A stretch of 64,000 bases of DNA from Squalus acanthias (Eukaryota), in contig CM059427.1 in the NCBI GenBank assembly GCA_030390025.1, positions 186,620,001 through 186,684,000 of the forward strand. The letters run 5' to 3'. The notes beneath the pieces are model-generated. The model was not told where the DNA came from and made no database searches. It saw nothing but the letters and a program-made list of their open reading frames with translations. The position numbers and the translations under genes are program-made. Below are positions 20,427 to 32,682 of this stretch, piece by piece. Numbering within the stretch: position 1 is the first letter of the stretch; each line of letters starts with the position of its first letter.

Positions 20427-22040
20427 TGTAAGGGATACTCTCCTGACCCTGCGTGTCTCGTAGCCTGTGAGATTCACGCGGCTCTGTGCAGCCGGTATGT
20501 CAGTGCGGGTCTAGGCCTGGTCTCCAGCCAGTCTGGGAACACTAGACACCCCTGTGAGTGGTTCGAATCACTCTCCCTTACGGTTCTAGACACTGGACTT
20601 AGATGCGAGAGCAGTAATGGAGATAAAACTCATGTAGACTTGGTTTGAACGGTACGAAATGGAAAATCTTTATTGCATGATACTTAAAATTATGAAATAC
20701 ATGTCATATGCACAGATTAATGACAGTACAATCTTACAAACAGTTATAATCACTCTTAGGGAAACGAGGAACGACCAGCACAACGTAAATAGGGCACACA
20801 TTACAAATATCCTTAATCTTTAAACCCTCCCTATCAATAACTATCCTAAAACTAGCTTCGTAGGACCTCGAGACTCATGCTCACCACTCGTAATAACTCG
20901 GAGAAATCCCGAATAGCTGATCGGATGTTTTTCACCGCAGCACCCACGTGTTGGTCAGGAGATCTCCTGGTCCCACTTGTTTACTGCTTCTGCTGCTCGG
21001 TCAGTCGGCTGGACCGTCCGCTGTAGTGAAGACCTCTGTTGGTTGGATACAGGGTATGGTGGAGCACCGTTGTCAATATCGCTGATACGATGTGTTTACA
21101 CAGTCCAGTTATCATTGATGCAATATGTCTTGTTAAAGAAGAAAACTTCCTGTCGAGAAGACTTGGCTGATCGACCTACAGGCGCGGTCGGGATTTACTG
21201 ACCGTGGCGATGGATAAGGTCTTCTTCTCTTCTCCTCTCATCTCATCTCATCTCATCTCATCTCATCCCGGGCCTTCGGTTCCGCTGCCAGCTACCAACA
21301 TAGGTCTTTGCAACAGTCTTTTACACAGGAGCAGCCACGATGATAACAGCAACAAGCGGCAAGAGTCAAGAACACGAGGCAAGAGCAAGAGCAAGAGGCC
21401 AGAGCAAGAATCAAGAGAGCGAATGGACGGTTTGGGCCTGCAATTATAGTGCACAGTTCTTCCGTTTCCCGCCCAACTACAATGTCCATTCTTTTGTTTA
21501 AGGTTTGGCGCCCAAAAATGTCCTGTATGGGTGATCTCTGTCCTTAATGGGTTTCGGGGCTACTCCTGAATGTTTGAGTATCTGTTAATATTTCTCCTAT
21601 TGTTAAATCGGTCGGTGTTCCCCCTGGAGGGGTTTGGGGCTTCCAAGTGTCCTGTGTAACTACCTGCTAACGGCTCTCTCATCGTAGAGCCGTTGGGAGT
21701 TTACATACTAATGTCCTTTGGATGGGCCCTTGATGGCTTTCCTTTGTACCTGGGAGACCGATTCCAGTATCGATGTTTATACTGTAAACCCATAATGTCC
21801 TGTGTATTGTCTTCACTGTGCTAAATCGTTATCGATCTTGCAAGAATGTTTATTGGAACGCCATCTTGTCTGCCTGCTGAAAAGTCTAGAATGTTCTGTC
21901 ACGCGGTGCGGCGGCCATTTTACAGGCTGCTTGTGTCCAATTTAAACCTGACAGCATTCCGCTGAAATAAAAGCTGTTTTGAACGAAACTTTGTGTTTTC
22001 TCCTTATTAAAATGAAATCGCGATAATTGCGAATTCTACA
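20427..22040 (-). repeat. 5' LTR of provirus 1 (1614 bp)
   Basis: Followed by the PBS on the minus strand; TSD CTAC. Confidence 0.95.
21440..21515 (-). promoter_or_regulatory. Candidate LTR core promoter (TATA-like TATAAT with two E2F-like sites, TTTCCCGC and TTTGGCGC, upstream)
   Basis: gcactataa conserved in all four minus-strand LTR types; TCCCGCCCAA and TGGCGC also retained; YY1-like GCCATnTT motifs near the U3 start. Inferred from motif position only. Confidence 0.4.
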
Positions 22041-22077
22041 CTACTTACACTAAATCTTATTGATATGTTTTTCACAG

Positions 22078-22347
22078 TTGAGTCAAGTCCACAGACTGCT
22101 GTGGTGGGCAGTGACGTTACACTCAGCTGTACCATCTCCAAACTCTCAGAAACAGTCAGTCTTCAATGGAAACAGAGAGACTCATCTCAGCAGAACAGGA
22201 GGAACACTGATCAGATCCGACTAAATAACACAGTCTATCTGATAGTCAAACATGTTGCAGTAGAGGATAAGGAATTGTACACGTGTGAAGTGCAGGAAAA
22301 TGGATCCATTATTCTCACAGGAAAAGCAGATTTTTCTGTGGCCCAGG
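22078..22347 (+). pseudogene. Ig domain D2 exon (C2-type)
   Basis: ttttcacag|; VTLSC...LQW...EDKELYTC; G|GTAAGT; phase 1/1. Confidence 0.9.
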
Positions 22348-23798
22348 GTAAGTGCAGTTACCTCACAGTAGATATTAAAGAGTTACTAATATAAAACTGT
22401 TACATATAAAGTGGAGTCATACATGTCAACCATCAGCACTTCATGCTTACAGTCAGCATGTGAGGGCCTGGTGCACATATCAGCATTGAACAAAAAACTG
22501 GCCTCTCGCCCCTCAATGCCACTTCTAACCGAGTTCTGCTGCTATTTGAAGTGATTCCAGCTGCTGCATACTCTAGGCTTCAAATAAGCATTCAGCTGGG
22601 AGCAGGACTGAGGGAAGAGGGAAGGGCAGGGAATCAATGGCCATGAACGGAGAGGGAAGGATGGAAATGATGGCAATGTAGAGGAGAGATGGTGGGCAGA
22701 GGGAAATGACAGAGGCTGGGAGTGGGGCTTTGGGGGAGGAAGAGGGAAAAGCTGAGAGTGGAACTTTGGAGTCGAAGATAAGAATTTGCATTTTTTTCAA
22801 GTGTAGAAGAAAGACTCTGTTATTAAAATAGCATCAAAACTATTGATGTGGATCAGGGTAAGTTCAGAACTACCTTACAGTAGATATTAAATAGTTACTG
22901 AAATAACACTGTTAAACACAAAGGACAGAGAGCACAGAGACAGCATATGCTTTTACTACAGACTGGAACATTATTTTCTCTTTGGAACTTTAGTGTAAAT
23001 ATAACATTGCAATACAGTGGGCAAATATCAACAACCAGGTCTTGATGGATCTGACAATAAATAGCTAAAGGGTTGAAGGTGAACAGCAACATTCTCACAC
23101 AGCTCATCAGTTACCAAAACACAGAGACAATTCTTTTCTAAATATGATTCACTTTATTGACTGCAAAGGCACAGCATTAAAGTCCATCCCTGAATATCTA
23201 TTCAGTGCTCTTCCAATACAGTGTATGGCCGGAAATTTCCCGGGTGGTAGCGGGGGCGATCGGTGGCGGGTCGGGTGGGAAAGTTATTCATAGAACCATA
23301 GAATCATAGAAATTTACAGCACAGAAGGAGGCCATTCAGCCCATCTTGTCCGTGCCGCCTAATAACACGTGGTTAACGAGACATCTTAACAAGATTCCTT
23401 GCCACTTTTATTATTCACATAGCAGCCCTTTTTGAATGGAAGGATAAAGCTATAAGTGACAATGCCATTTTGAGGGAATTTGTGAAAAAAAGCAGACTAG
23501 ATCGCCATTTTATCCACTGTATCTTTTTCATGAGTTGGCACCATGAGAAAGAACACTCTATCTGTGCAGGTACTGCAATCTAACAGAGATTTAAAATTAA
23601 GTCATTTGAAAATGACTTTCCTATTCTCATATATAGGAGACTATCCACCCTGTGCTCTACTTAAATAATCAATAACCTTTATTAAATGATGTTATGGTCT
23701 GAACACAAAATAATTCATGTGTAATTATAGTAATTATTTCTTCCTTTTTGATGTATCACAGTCGGTGCGAAAATCAAAATCCTCTTTTCCTAATACAG

Positions 23799-24146
23799 TT
23801 CGATATTTTCATCAGCCTGCCTACACATGTTATCGGTCGAGTCCAGTTCACAGTGAACTTCACCTGATGGATGATTCTCGTTATTTCTGGAGATATTGTG
23901 AAGCTGCCTGGATTTGGAAGTCACATCACTCTCCAAATCAATAGATACAGATAGCTTCTTATTTCAGATCTCACCGTATCGATCTAAACATGACGTACAT
24001 TGGGAATCGAATAAATGCAATAAAGAGATACTTTGATAGGAACATCATTGTACAGATTGTCCCTGTGCTGTTTGATGATGCAGGAGATTTCACATTAACT
24101 GTCTATTCAGAAAAAATAGTGACCATTACACTAATCAGAGTTAAAG
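23799..24146 (+). pseudogene. Ig domain D3 exon (atypical V-type) with in-frame TAG at 23942-23944
   Basis: taatacag|; AAWIWKSHHSPNQ*IQIA...DDAGDFTL...LIRVK G|GTAGGT; frame is kept across the stop. Confidence 0.85.
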
Positions 24147-24230
24147 GTAGGTGACAGAATGCAACCATTATTACCAGTCATCATTTATCAATTATTGTTT
24201 AAAATCTAAATGATTTTCTTGTTTCCACAG

Positions 24231-24500
24231 TCACAGCTGTACCATCTGATGCAGTGACTGAGGGAGACACCGTTACCCTGACCTGCTCTGTCTCTGATGT
24301 CACTGAATCAATGAGACTTGTTTGGATCAGTAGTGATGGCAAAACTGTTGGAGAAAAAACATGGAATGGATCAAATGGGGAAGAGAAATCATTGAGACTG
24401 ATTATTCAGAAAGTTGATAGAGGCAGTGGAAACTGGATGTGTGTTTTGTTTTATCAAAACAGGCCCAAGATTATAATCCCGTACTATCTGGAAATCGTGA
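24231..24500 (+). pseudogene. Ig domain D4 exon (C2-type with W-x-C motif)
   Basis: tttccacag|; GDTVTLTC...LVW...GNWMC; A|GTAAGT. Confidence 0.9.
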
Positions 24501-24531
24501 GTAAGTGTTTATGTTGTAAACTGATAACCAG

Positions 24532-26193
24532 TGTAAGGGATTCTGACCCTGCGTGTCTCGCAGCCTGTGAGATTCACGCGGCTCTGTGCAGCCTGTATGT
24601 CAGTGCGGGTCTAGGCCTTGTTGCCTGTTCTGGTCTCCAGCCAGTCTGGGAACACTAGACACACCTGTGAGTGGTTCGAATCACTCGCCCTTACGGTTCT
24701 AGACACTGGACTTAGATGCGAGAGCAGTAATGGAGATGAAACTCATGTAGACTCGGTTGAATGGTACGAAATGGAAAATCTTTATTGCATGATACTTAAG
24801 ATTATGAAATACATGTCATAAGCACAGATTAATGACAGTACAATCTTACAAGCAGTTATATAGTCGATCTTAGGGAAACGAGGAACGAACGGCACATAGT
24901 AAATAGGGGCACACATTACAAATATCCTTAATCCTTAAACCCTCCCCTATCAATATCTATCCTAACTAGATTCGTAGGATTTCGAGACTCATGCTCACCA
25001 CTCGTGATAACTCGGAGAAATTCCGAATAGCTGATCGGATGTTTTTCACCGCAGCACCCACGTGTCGGTCAGGAGATCTCCTGGTCCCACTTGTTTACTT
25101 GCTTCTGCTGCTCCGGCTAGCAGGCTGGACCGTCTGCTGTGATGAAGACCTGTGTTGGTTGGTTTAACAGGTACTTTCCGAGCACAGTTGTCAATATCAT
25201 CGATGTGATATGTTCTTTGCAAGTTCGAAGAAGTCTTCCTGGCAAGGAAAACTTGGCTATTCGACCTACAGGCGCGGTCGGGATTTACTGACCGTGGCGA
25301 TGGATATGGTCTTCCTCTCTTCTCATCTCATCTCATCTCATCTCATCTCGGGCCTTTGGTTCCGCTGCCAGTTACCAACATAGGTCTTCGTTACGCGACA
25401 CGAGGTAGATCCGAATGGATCAGAAAGTTCAACAGTCTTTTTCAAAAAGGCAACAGGCAAGCAGGAGCCCGACTACGAGTACACAGGAGCAGCCACGAGG
25501 TTACGAAAAAAAAATAAGAGCACAGGAGCAGCCACGATGATAAGAGTCGATCGGATAAGAGAAAGATGGACGGTTTGGAGCCTGCAATTATAGTGCAAAA
25601 TCTTCCGTTTCCCGCCCAACCTTAATGTCCATTCTTTTGTTTAGGGTCTGGCGCTCAAATGTCTTGTATGGGTGATCTCCGTTCTTAATGGGTTTCGGGG
25701 CTACTCGTAAATGTCTGAGTACCTGTTAATATTTCTCCCATTGTTAAATCGGTCGGTGTTCTCCCTGGAGGGGTCTTGGGGCTTCCAAGTGTTTTGTATA
25801 ACTACCTGCTAACGGCTCTCTCATCGTAGAGTCGTTGGGATTTTACATATTAATGTCTTTTGGATGGGCCCTTGATTACTCGGTACAATAGCTTTCATTT
25901 GTACCTGGGAGACCGATTTCAGTATTTATGTGTATACTGCAAACCCATAATGTCTCGTGTATTATCTTCACTGTGCTGAATCTTAATCGATCTTGCACAA
26001 ATGTTTATTGGAACGCCATCTTGTCTGCCTGTTGAAAAGTCTAGAATGTTCTGTCACGAGGTGCGGCGGCCATTTTACAGGCTGCTTGTGTCCACTTTAA
26101 ACCTGGCAGCATTCTGCTGAAATAAAAGCTGTTTGAACGAAACTCTGTGTTTTCTCCTTATTAATAAAATCGCGATATATTGCGAATTCTACA
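24532..26193 (-). mobile_element. Solo LTR (1662 bp), subfamily related to provirus 1
   Basis: TGTAAG...TCTACA; TSD CCAG (24528-24531, 26194-26197). Confidence 0.95.
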
Positions 26194-26506
26194 CCAGCAG
26201 CACAGGTACAAACTGATGCAGAATAAATAGACAGTGCAACTCAATGAAATGTAATTCTTTGTTCACTGTACTATAGCAGAAGCTCTGTTACTCAGGGTGT
26301 TGGTAAAAAGACCCACAAGGAGCCACTCTGTCTTTTTACTTGAGCAGTAATGAAGTTTTTGTTGCTTCAGGTGCAATACCTTTATTTCTTCCATCAGCTT
26401 GTAAAGCACTTTGCAAGCAAAGTAGATTAAAGAGATACTAACTTTTCTAAGCGCAAAATGTCTCTTTTTATTGAATTCTTGTCCCCCTAGTAAAATTGAA
26501 TCAGAT

Positions 26507-27853
26507 GAACATAAGAAATAGGAGCAGGAGTAGGCCATTTGGCCCTTCGAGCCTGCTCCGCCATTCAATGAGATCATGGCTGATCTTCTGCCTCAACTCC
26601 ACTTTCCTGCACTATCCCCATATCCCTTGATGCCCTTACTAGTCAGAAATCTATCGATTTCTATTTTGAATATACCCAATGACTGAGCCTCCACAGCCCT
26701 CTGTGGTAGAGAATTCCAAAGATTCACCACCCACTGTGTGGTGAAATTTCTTCTCATCTCAGTCCTGAATGGCCTACCCTTTATCCTGAGGATTTGGCCC
26801 CTGGTTCTAGACTCCCCAGCCAAGGGAAACATTCTCCCAGCATCCACCCTATCAAACCCTGTAATAATTTTGTATGCTTCAATGAGATCCCCTCTTATTC
26901 TTCTGAATTCAAGAGAATACTGGCCTAGTTTACTCAATCTCTTCTCATACGACAGTCCCGCCATCCCAGGAATCAATCTCGTGAACCTTCGTTGCACTCC
27001 CTCTATGACAAGTATATCCTTCCTTAGGTAAGGAAACCAAAATTGTACACCGTACTCCAGGTGTTGTCTCACCAAGGCCCTATATAATTATAGTAAGACT
27101 TCTTTACCCCAGTACTCAAATCCTCTTGTAATGAAGGCCAGCATACCATTTGCCTTCCTAATGGCTTGCTGCACCTGCACATTCACTTTCAGGTGACTCA
27201 TGTACAAGGACAACCAGGTCGCTTTGATCATCTGCATTCCCTAATCTTTCACCATTTAGGAAATACTCTGCCTTTCTGTTTTTTCTACCAAAGTGGATAA
27301 CTTCACATTTATCCACATTATATTCCATCTGCCATGTTCTCGTCCACTCATTGAGCCTGTCGAGATCCCTTTGAAGCCTCTTCACATCCTCTTCACAACT
27401 GACACTGCCACCTAGCTTTGTATCATCAGCAAATTTGGAAATGTTACATTTAGTCCCCTCATCAAATCATTGATACAGATTATGAATAGCTGGGGCCCAA
27501 GCACCGATCATTGTGGTACCCCACTAGTCACAGCCTGCCATCCTGAAAAAGACCCGTTTATCCCTACTCTTTGTTTTCTGTCTGTTAACCAATTCTCAAT
27601 CCACGCTAGTATATTACTCCCAATTCCATGAGCCCTAATTTTGTTCACCAACCTCTTGTGTGGGACCTTATCGAAAATCCAAATAGACCACATCTACCAG
27701 TTCCCCTTTGTCTACTCCACTAGTTACATCCTCAAAGAACTCCAATCGGTTTGTTAAACATGATTTCCCTTTCATAAATCCATGTTGACTCTGCCCAATC
27801 TTACTATTAGTTTCTAAGTGCCCCTTTATTGCATCCTTTATAATAGATTCCAG
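26507..27853 (-). mobile_element. 5'-truncated CR1 LINE (RT and 3' end)
   Basis: ORFs with QHGFMKGKSCLTN, FDKVPH, GVPQ, HLEYGVQFW; CR1 3' tail. Confidence 0.9.
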
Positions 27854-27981
27854 AATCTGTCTCTTCTCCCTTGATTGGATTCCTTCTGTCACCTGACTCA
27901 ACATGGCACCTCCCTTTTAGTAACTTTCCATTGCCTCTAGACTGAACCGAGGCCCAGGCTATCCTGCAAGTAGAATAATAT

Positions 27982-28145
27982 GTTTAACGTGTCATCCGAA
28001 CGACAGTATATTGGACAGTGTAGCACTCCCTCAGTACTGCATCAAGTGTTTGCCTCGATTATGTGCTCACCTGCCTGGAGTGGGAATTGAACCCACAACC
28101 TCCTGACTCAGAGATGAGATTGCTACCACTGAGTCACAGCTGACT
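27982..28145 (-). mobile_element. tRNA-derived SINE 5' part (Deu-domain SINE family)
   Basis: Minus strand ctcagtggtagca...gtgggttcaattccc (A/B boxes); overlaps the ggatgagacgttaaac motif seen at 34585. Confidence 0.65.
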
Positions 28146-29624
28146 CGAGGTGGAGGACTCCAGACCGCACAGATCAGTCACTGAGTGCCCTGGAGGGGGA
28201 GTCAGCTTTACGGTGGACACACCTTGTTGCCAATGCCCTTCACCTGAGGTCCCGGATTAAACATTTGGGATGAGTAAGCCTGGTGCACTTGAATATCTAG
28301 AATATTGAGGTGACATATCACGAGTTGCCCTGTGTAGATTATTACACCACGTGAAAGCAGATTTGCAACATTTAATTCTCAAATTTAAAATTCTCATCAT
28401 GTTCAATCCCTCCATGTCCTTGCCCCTCCCTATCTCTGTAATCTCCCCCAGCCCCACCACCAATGTTCCCATTAATCTGCGCTGCCGTGCAGTGGTCTGG
28501 AGGTCCCGACAAGGACACTTGCCACTTTTAATGGGAAATTTGACTGGGCCGCGCACTCCCCCCAAAAATTAGATCAAACATTGCCTACAATCCTCTGCAT
28601 TCCTCCAATTCTGAACTCTTGTGCATCCCAGATTTTGTTTCTCCATCATTTATGGCCAAGGCCTGAATTTTGCTGGCGCTCAGAGGGTGGGTTCGGAGGC
28701 GGGTCTGCTGTCAAAATATAAAAGATTGACAGCGGGTCGGGAGCCCGCTGTCAACCTGCCTCCATGTCAGTTTCCCAAGTGCTGGGTCTGTCTACGCTTT
28801 ACAGACCCGACTCCAAGCAGCAGGGGAGCCAATTGATAGAGTTAAAAGTTTGTTAAAAGGTATTTAAGCAGCATTTTACCATGTACTTAACATTTTTCCA
28901 ACTTTTTCACGAGGTTCCCCACGCTTGGGGATCACATCAGGTGAGTAGGTCGGGTGTTCAATAACTCTCCATTCCTCTGAATAGTTGACAGCTGCAAAAG
29001 TGGTATAAAAGCTACCATTTCACAGCTGTTCACTTTCCAATCTCAGAAGCTGGACCCTTCAGGATTTGTAATACACTTTTTCAGCTTTATGCGGGTTGGA
29101 AGTGTTTGGAGTAAACTCTCTATCCACTGTCACCTCCTTGGAGCAAGCTCTCTCACCATTGACAGATCGCTTCTGTCATCTCAACTTCAGCTGCCATCTA
29201 TTATCTATTCCAGCAGCATCGGTGCCCTTCAATAAATCTCACCTTGGTCCTTAGAATCCCACCACGATCGGCCCCAACACCAACATCACCAGGCACAGCA
29301 GCATCAACAACAACAATAACAACCTGCTCCGCAATCACCTGATGCTGCACAGGACACAGGGCATCAGCATCTGACCACATTGCTGCCCGGGAGGCCAGCG
29401 ATGGCATCACCATGGCCAGATTTACTTCACTTGATGCTGTACACCTTGGCTGCCACAAGATCCACCAGGTTGGCACCACCAAAGACCAGCACCATAAAGC
29501 TTCCCTACAATGCCCAAGCCATTCCTTTCACATTCATCACATTTGTGGGGTCGGGGTGGTGGGGGGGGCGGGGGGGGGGGGACGGCGGGGACTGTTATGT
29601 CTCACCATTCACTACAACTCACTA

Positions 29625-30750
29625 AGACACTTCCTTTTTCCTCAACCGAGGATTCCCCACTACTGTGGTTTACATGGCCCTAGACCGTGTCTGTTCCATT
29701 TCCCACACTTCTGCTCTCACCCCTTCCCCTCCCTCCCAGAACCACGATAGGGTTCCCCTTGTCCTCACCTTTCACCCCACCAGCCTCCACATTCAGCGGA
29801 TCATCCTCTGCCATTTCCGCCACCTCCAGCGTGATCCCACCACCAAACACATCTTCCCCTCCCTTCCCCTTTCAGCATTCCAAAGGGACCGCTCCCTCTG
29901 CGGCACCTTGGTCCACTCCTCCATCACCCCCAACACCCCCTCCCCTTCCCCCGGCACCTTGCCGTGCAAGTGCAGGAGATGCAACACCTGACCTTTTACC
30001 TCCTCCCTTCCCACTGTCCAGGCCCCAAACACTCCTTCCAGGTGAAACAGCGATTTACTTGTACTTCTTGCAATTTAGTATACTGTATTCGCTGCTCACG
30101 ATGCAGTCCCCTCTACATTGGGGAGACCAAACGCAGATTGGGTGACCGCTTTGCGGAACACTTCCGTTCAGTCCATAAGCATGACCCTGAGCTTCCGATC
30201 GCCTGTCACTTTAATTCTCCGCTCCACTCCCACTCTGACCTCTCTGTCCTCGGCCTCTTGCACTGTTCCAACGAAGCTCAACGTAAGCTCGAGGAACAGC
30301 ACCTCATCTTTCGATTAGGCACTTTACAGCCTTCTGGACTCAACATCGAGACTATAATCTCGGCCCCTATATATTTTCTTACCTTTTTTTTCTTTTTTCC
30401 CTTTTTCTTCTCTCACATGGCAGCTGTTGATGATTCTGCCATTGCCATTTACACCTCATCTTGAGTCATGTTTTGTTTCTTAACTTGTCCCATTACCATC
30501 TCCTTTTGCCTTGCACCAGCATCCCTTTTCTCTTTTACTCTCTCCTGCATTCCAGCCTATCACAGACATTCCCTTTGTTCTTTCCTCCCCTCCTTCCTTT
30601 CCCTGTCCCACACTTGCTTAAAAATCTGTTACTTCTCTAACTTTTTCCAGTTCTGACGAAGGGCCCTCGACCTGAAACGTTAGCTCTGTTTCTCTCTCCA
30701 CGATGTTGCCTGACCTGCTGAGTGTTTCCAGCATTTTCTGTTGTTATTCA
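29625..30750 (+). mobile_element. Penelope-like element 3' part (GIY-YIG endonuclease and pLTR)
   Basis: FTCTSCNLVYCIRCSRC..LYIGETKRRLGDRFAEH...HFN...LEEQHLIFRLGTLQPSGLN. Confidence 0.9.
30649..30685 (+). ncRNA. Minimal type I hammerhead ribozyme motif in the Penelope pLTR
   Basis: AGTT-CTGACGA-AGG(gccctcga)CCT-GAAACGTT-AGCT: intact CUGANGA and GAAA core, palindromic ACGU stem III. Confidence 0.7.
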
Positions 30751-31703
30751 AGACACTTCCAAAGGTGCACACAGATCTGTCCAAGAATGCAAAGTGTTGA
30801 AAATAAAGATTTCAATGTTTGACAACACATTAACAGAAACATTACATGAACATCAGCTGAAAGACACAAGTTCCTACCCTTGTGTCTTGTTAGTTGGTTT
30901 GATTGCACTAGGATGAGGTTGAATGTGGCTTTGCAGTAACGTTTCGTGATCTACTGAGATCATTGAAAGGTTTGCGCCACTGTCGCCGGGTCCTCCTCAT
31001 GACATTCATGCTTGTGCCCTCCTGTGCAATGTGCAACCAGGCTGCTTAGGTCCCCTGGGGAGGTCTCTTCCGCCTAATGGAAGGGAAGAGGACCTCCCTG
31101 CGTGCTGTGGCTCCCTCCATCAGCATATGGATGGAGTCATGGGAGAGCCTGGGTGCAGCCGTGCACCTCTCTGCAGAGCTTGTCAGTGTTTGCAGCACCT
31201 CAACACTGACAGCACAACTGCCAAAATCAATTTGGGCATGGTCCCTTTAAGGAAACCGGCTGATGACGCGTCATCAAATGACGTCATCAGACTCGCTTCC
31301 TTTTAATTGGCCGGGAACCTCGCTGGGCAGGCTTAACAACCCCAATCAGGAGAAAGTCGTGTGGGAAGCTGGCATGGAGACAGGAGCGGGACCGCGACCC
31401 GCCATCGACCCCGGCCGCCACGCTCCCGCCTCGGTAGGCGAAATCGCGGCCCATATCTTCAGCTGCCTAGCCCCTAAGCTCTGGAATTCCTTCTCTAAAA
31501 CTCTCTGACTCTCTACCTCTCTCTCCTCCTTGAAGATGCTCCTTAAACCCACCGCTTTGACCAACCTGTCCAAATATCTCCTTACGTGCCTCGGTGTCAA
31601 ATTTTGTCTGATAACGCTCCTATGATGGCCTCAGAATGGCTGGTGTTTAAATACTAAACGAGATGGAAATTGCAACTGAAAATATCAACTTTGTCCTTCA
31701 CAG

Positions 31704-31804
31704 TGAGAGCGAGACCCCCTCCGGACACTTGGATCCTGGCACTTTCCGGGTACTTGTTTGTTCAGCTGAGCGCTGCTGTCGGACTAATTTGCTTCTTGAG
31801 GGGA
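31704..31804 (+). pseudogene. Transmembrane exon of the Ig receptor
   Basis: ccttcacag|; phase 1 reading gives RARPPPDT-WILALSGYLFVQLSAAVGLICFL-RG; donor |GTGAGC, phase 0. Confidence 0.75.
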
Positions 31805-32189
31805 GTGAGCGGAGGAAGCATTTAAAAATACTTTGTGCTGCTTTTTAGTAATTCAGTAACCAGTGCACAGATGTCACTCGACATTTATAGAACTGGTTTG
31901 CACCATTCCAAAGCCTTTCACCTGTAATATGTGGCCACCTAAACCTATTGGATTTAAATGCTGCAAATTAGCGCATCATAAATACATTTAAAGAGCACCG
32001 CTGCTACAAGTCGGTGAAATCTTATTGATCAGAGCTTGTTTTCTGGTTCAAATGATAGAACCGTTCCTGCTCCCACTTTCCACGGGGGCGCTCAGAGGAA
32101 GGAATCGGGGAAATCTCTGAAGGGCTGGCCTGATTATTAATGAGTGGACATTACCATCCAGCTCAAACCAGGAGCCCAACATTCAAAGT

Positions 32190-32372
32190 AAACACAGAAA
32201 ACGCTGGAAATGCTCAGCAGGTCAGGTCAGTGGAGGGAAGAAATGAGTGAACGTTTCAGGTGTTGTTCTGACAAAGGCTCCACATCGGAAATGGTCTCTC
32301 AGCCTTTCTGTCTCCACAGATACTGACTGACCTGCCGAGTGTTTCCAGCAGCTACTGATCTCCAGCATCTGC
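32190..32372. repeat. Inverted pair of degenerate Penelope pLTR fragments
   Basis: gctggaaatgctcagcaggtcag ... ctgacctgccgagtgtttccagc, with a degenerate hammerhead core between. Confidence 0.6.
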
Positions 32373-32682
32373 CGTTCTTCTTGCTGTATTTGATTTTATT
32401 TATGACGTCCATTGTTGATATTTCATTAATGCTCATCTATTTGTATGCTGGATGCGGCACAGATTAATTTACCCCGTGATTTAACATTTATTGAATCCTC
32501 TTTATCCATCGCTCCCATTCCAGTGTTTGTTATTGAAGGAGAAGCTCTTTACTGAAACCACATTTCTTGCCTCTTGTCAGATGTCGAACTGCCGGAATCC
32601 AGACGAGGCGACAGGAAATGAAACAGGTGATTCACAAGAAGCGTTACAGAGCCTGAACTCCAACACTGATCTGAAACCTGCA

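Larger units (their letters stand above)
12808..22040 (-). mobile_element. Provirus 1: complete, very young, pol-deficient endogenous retrovirus (lokiretrovirus-like): LTR-PBS-gag-readthrough ORF-env-PPT-LTR
   Basis: TG...CA LTRs at 12808-14422 and 20427-22040; 4-bp TSD CTAC (12804-12807, 22041-22044); PBS, PPT, open gag and env. Confidence 0.95.
28660..31451. mobile_element. TIR-type element (ggcc..aattt ends) interrupting an L2 fragment (28370-28659, 31452-31625) and itself containing a Penelope copy
   Basis: L2 3' sequence resumes across the element (tttatggcca / atcttcagctgcctagcccctaagctctgg); TIRs are degenerate. Confidence 0.45.

Noticed and set aside
16539-24500. Idea that the Env Ig domain was captured from the surrounding host Ig gene
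   Set aside because: No similarity beyond generic Ig motifs, and the domain is shared by both diverged proviruses, so it predates these insertions.
26371-26440. Possible extra exon after D4 (gttgcttcag|GTGCAATACC)
   Set aside because: Phase 1 reading soon stops, has no TM or convincing donor, and D4 joins the 31704 exon cleanly.
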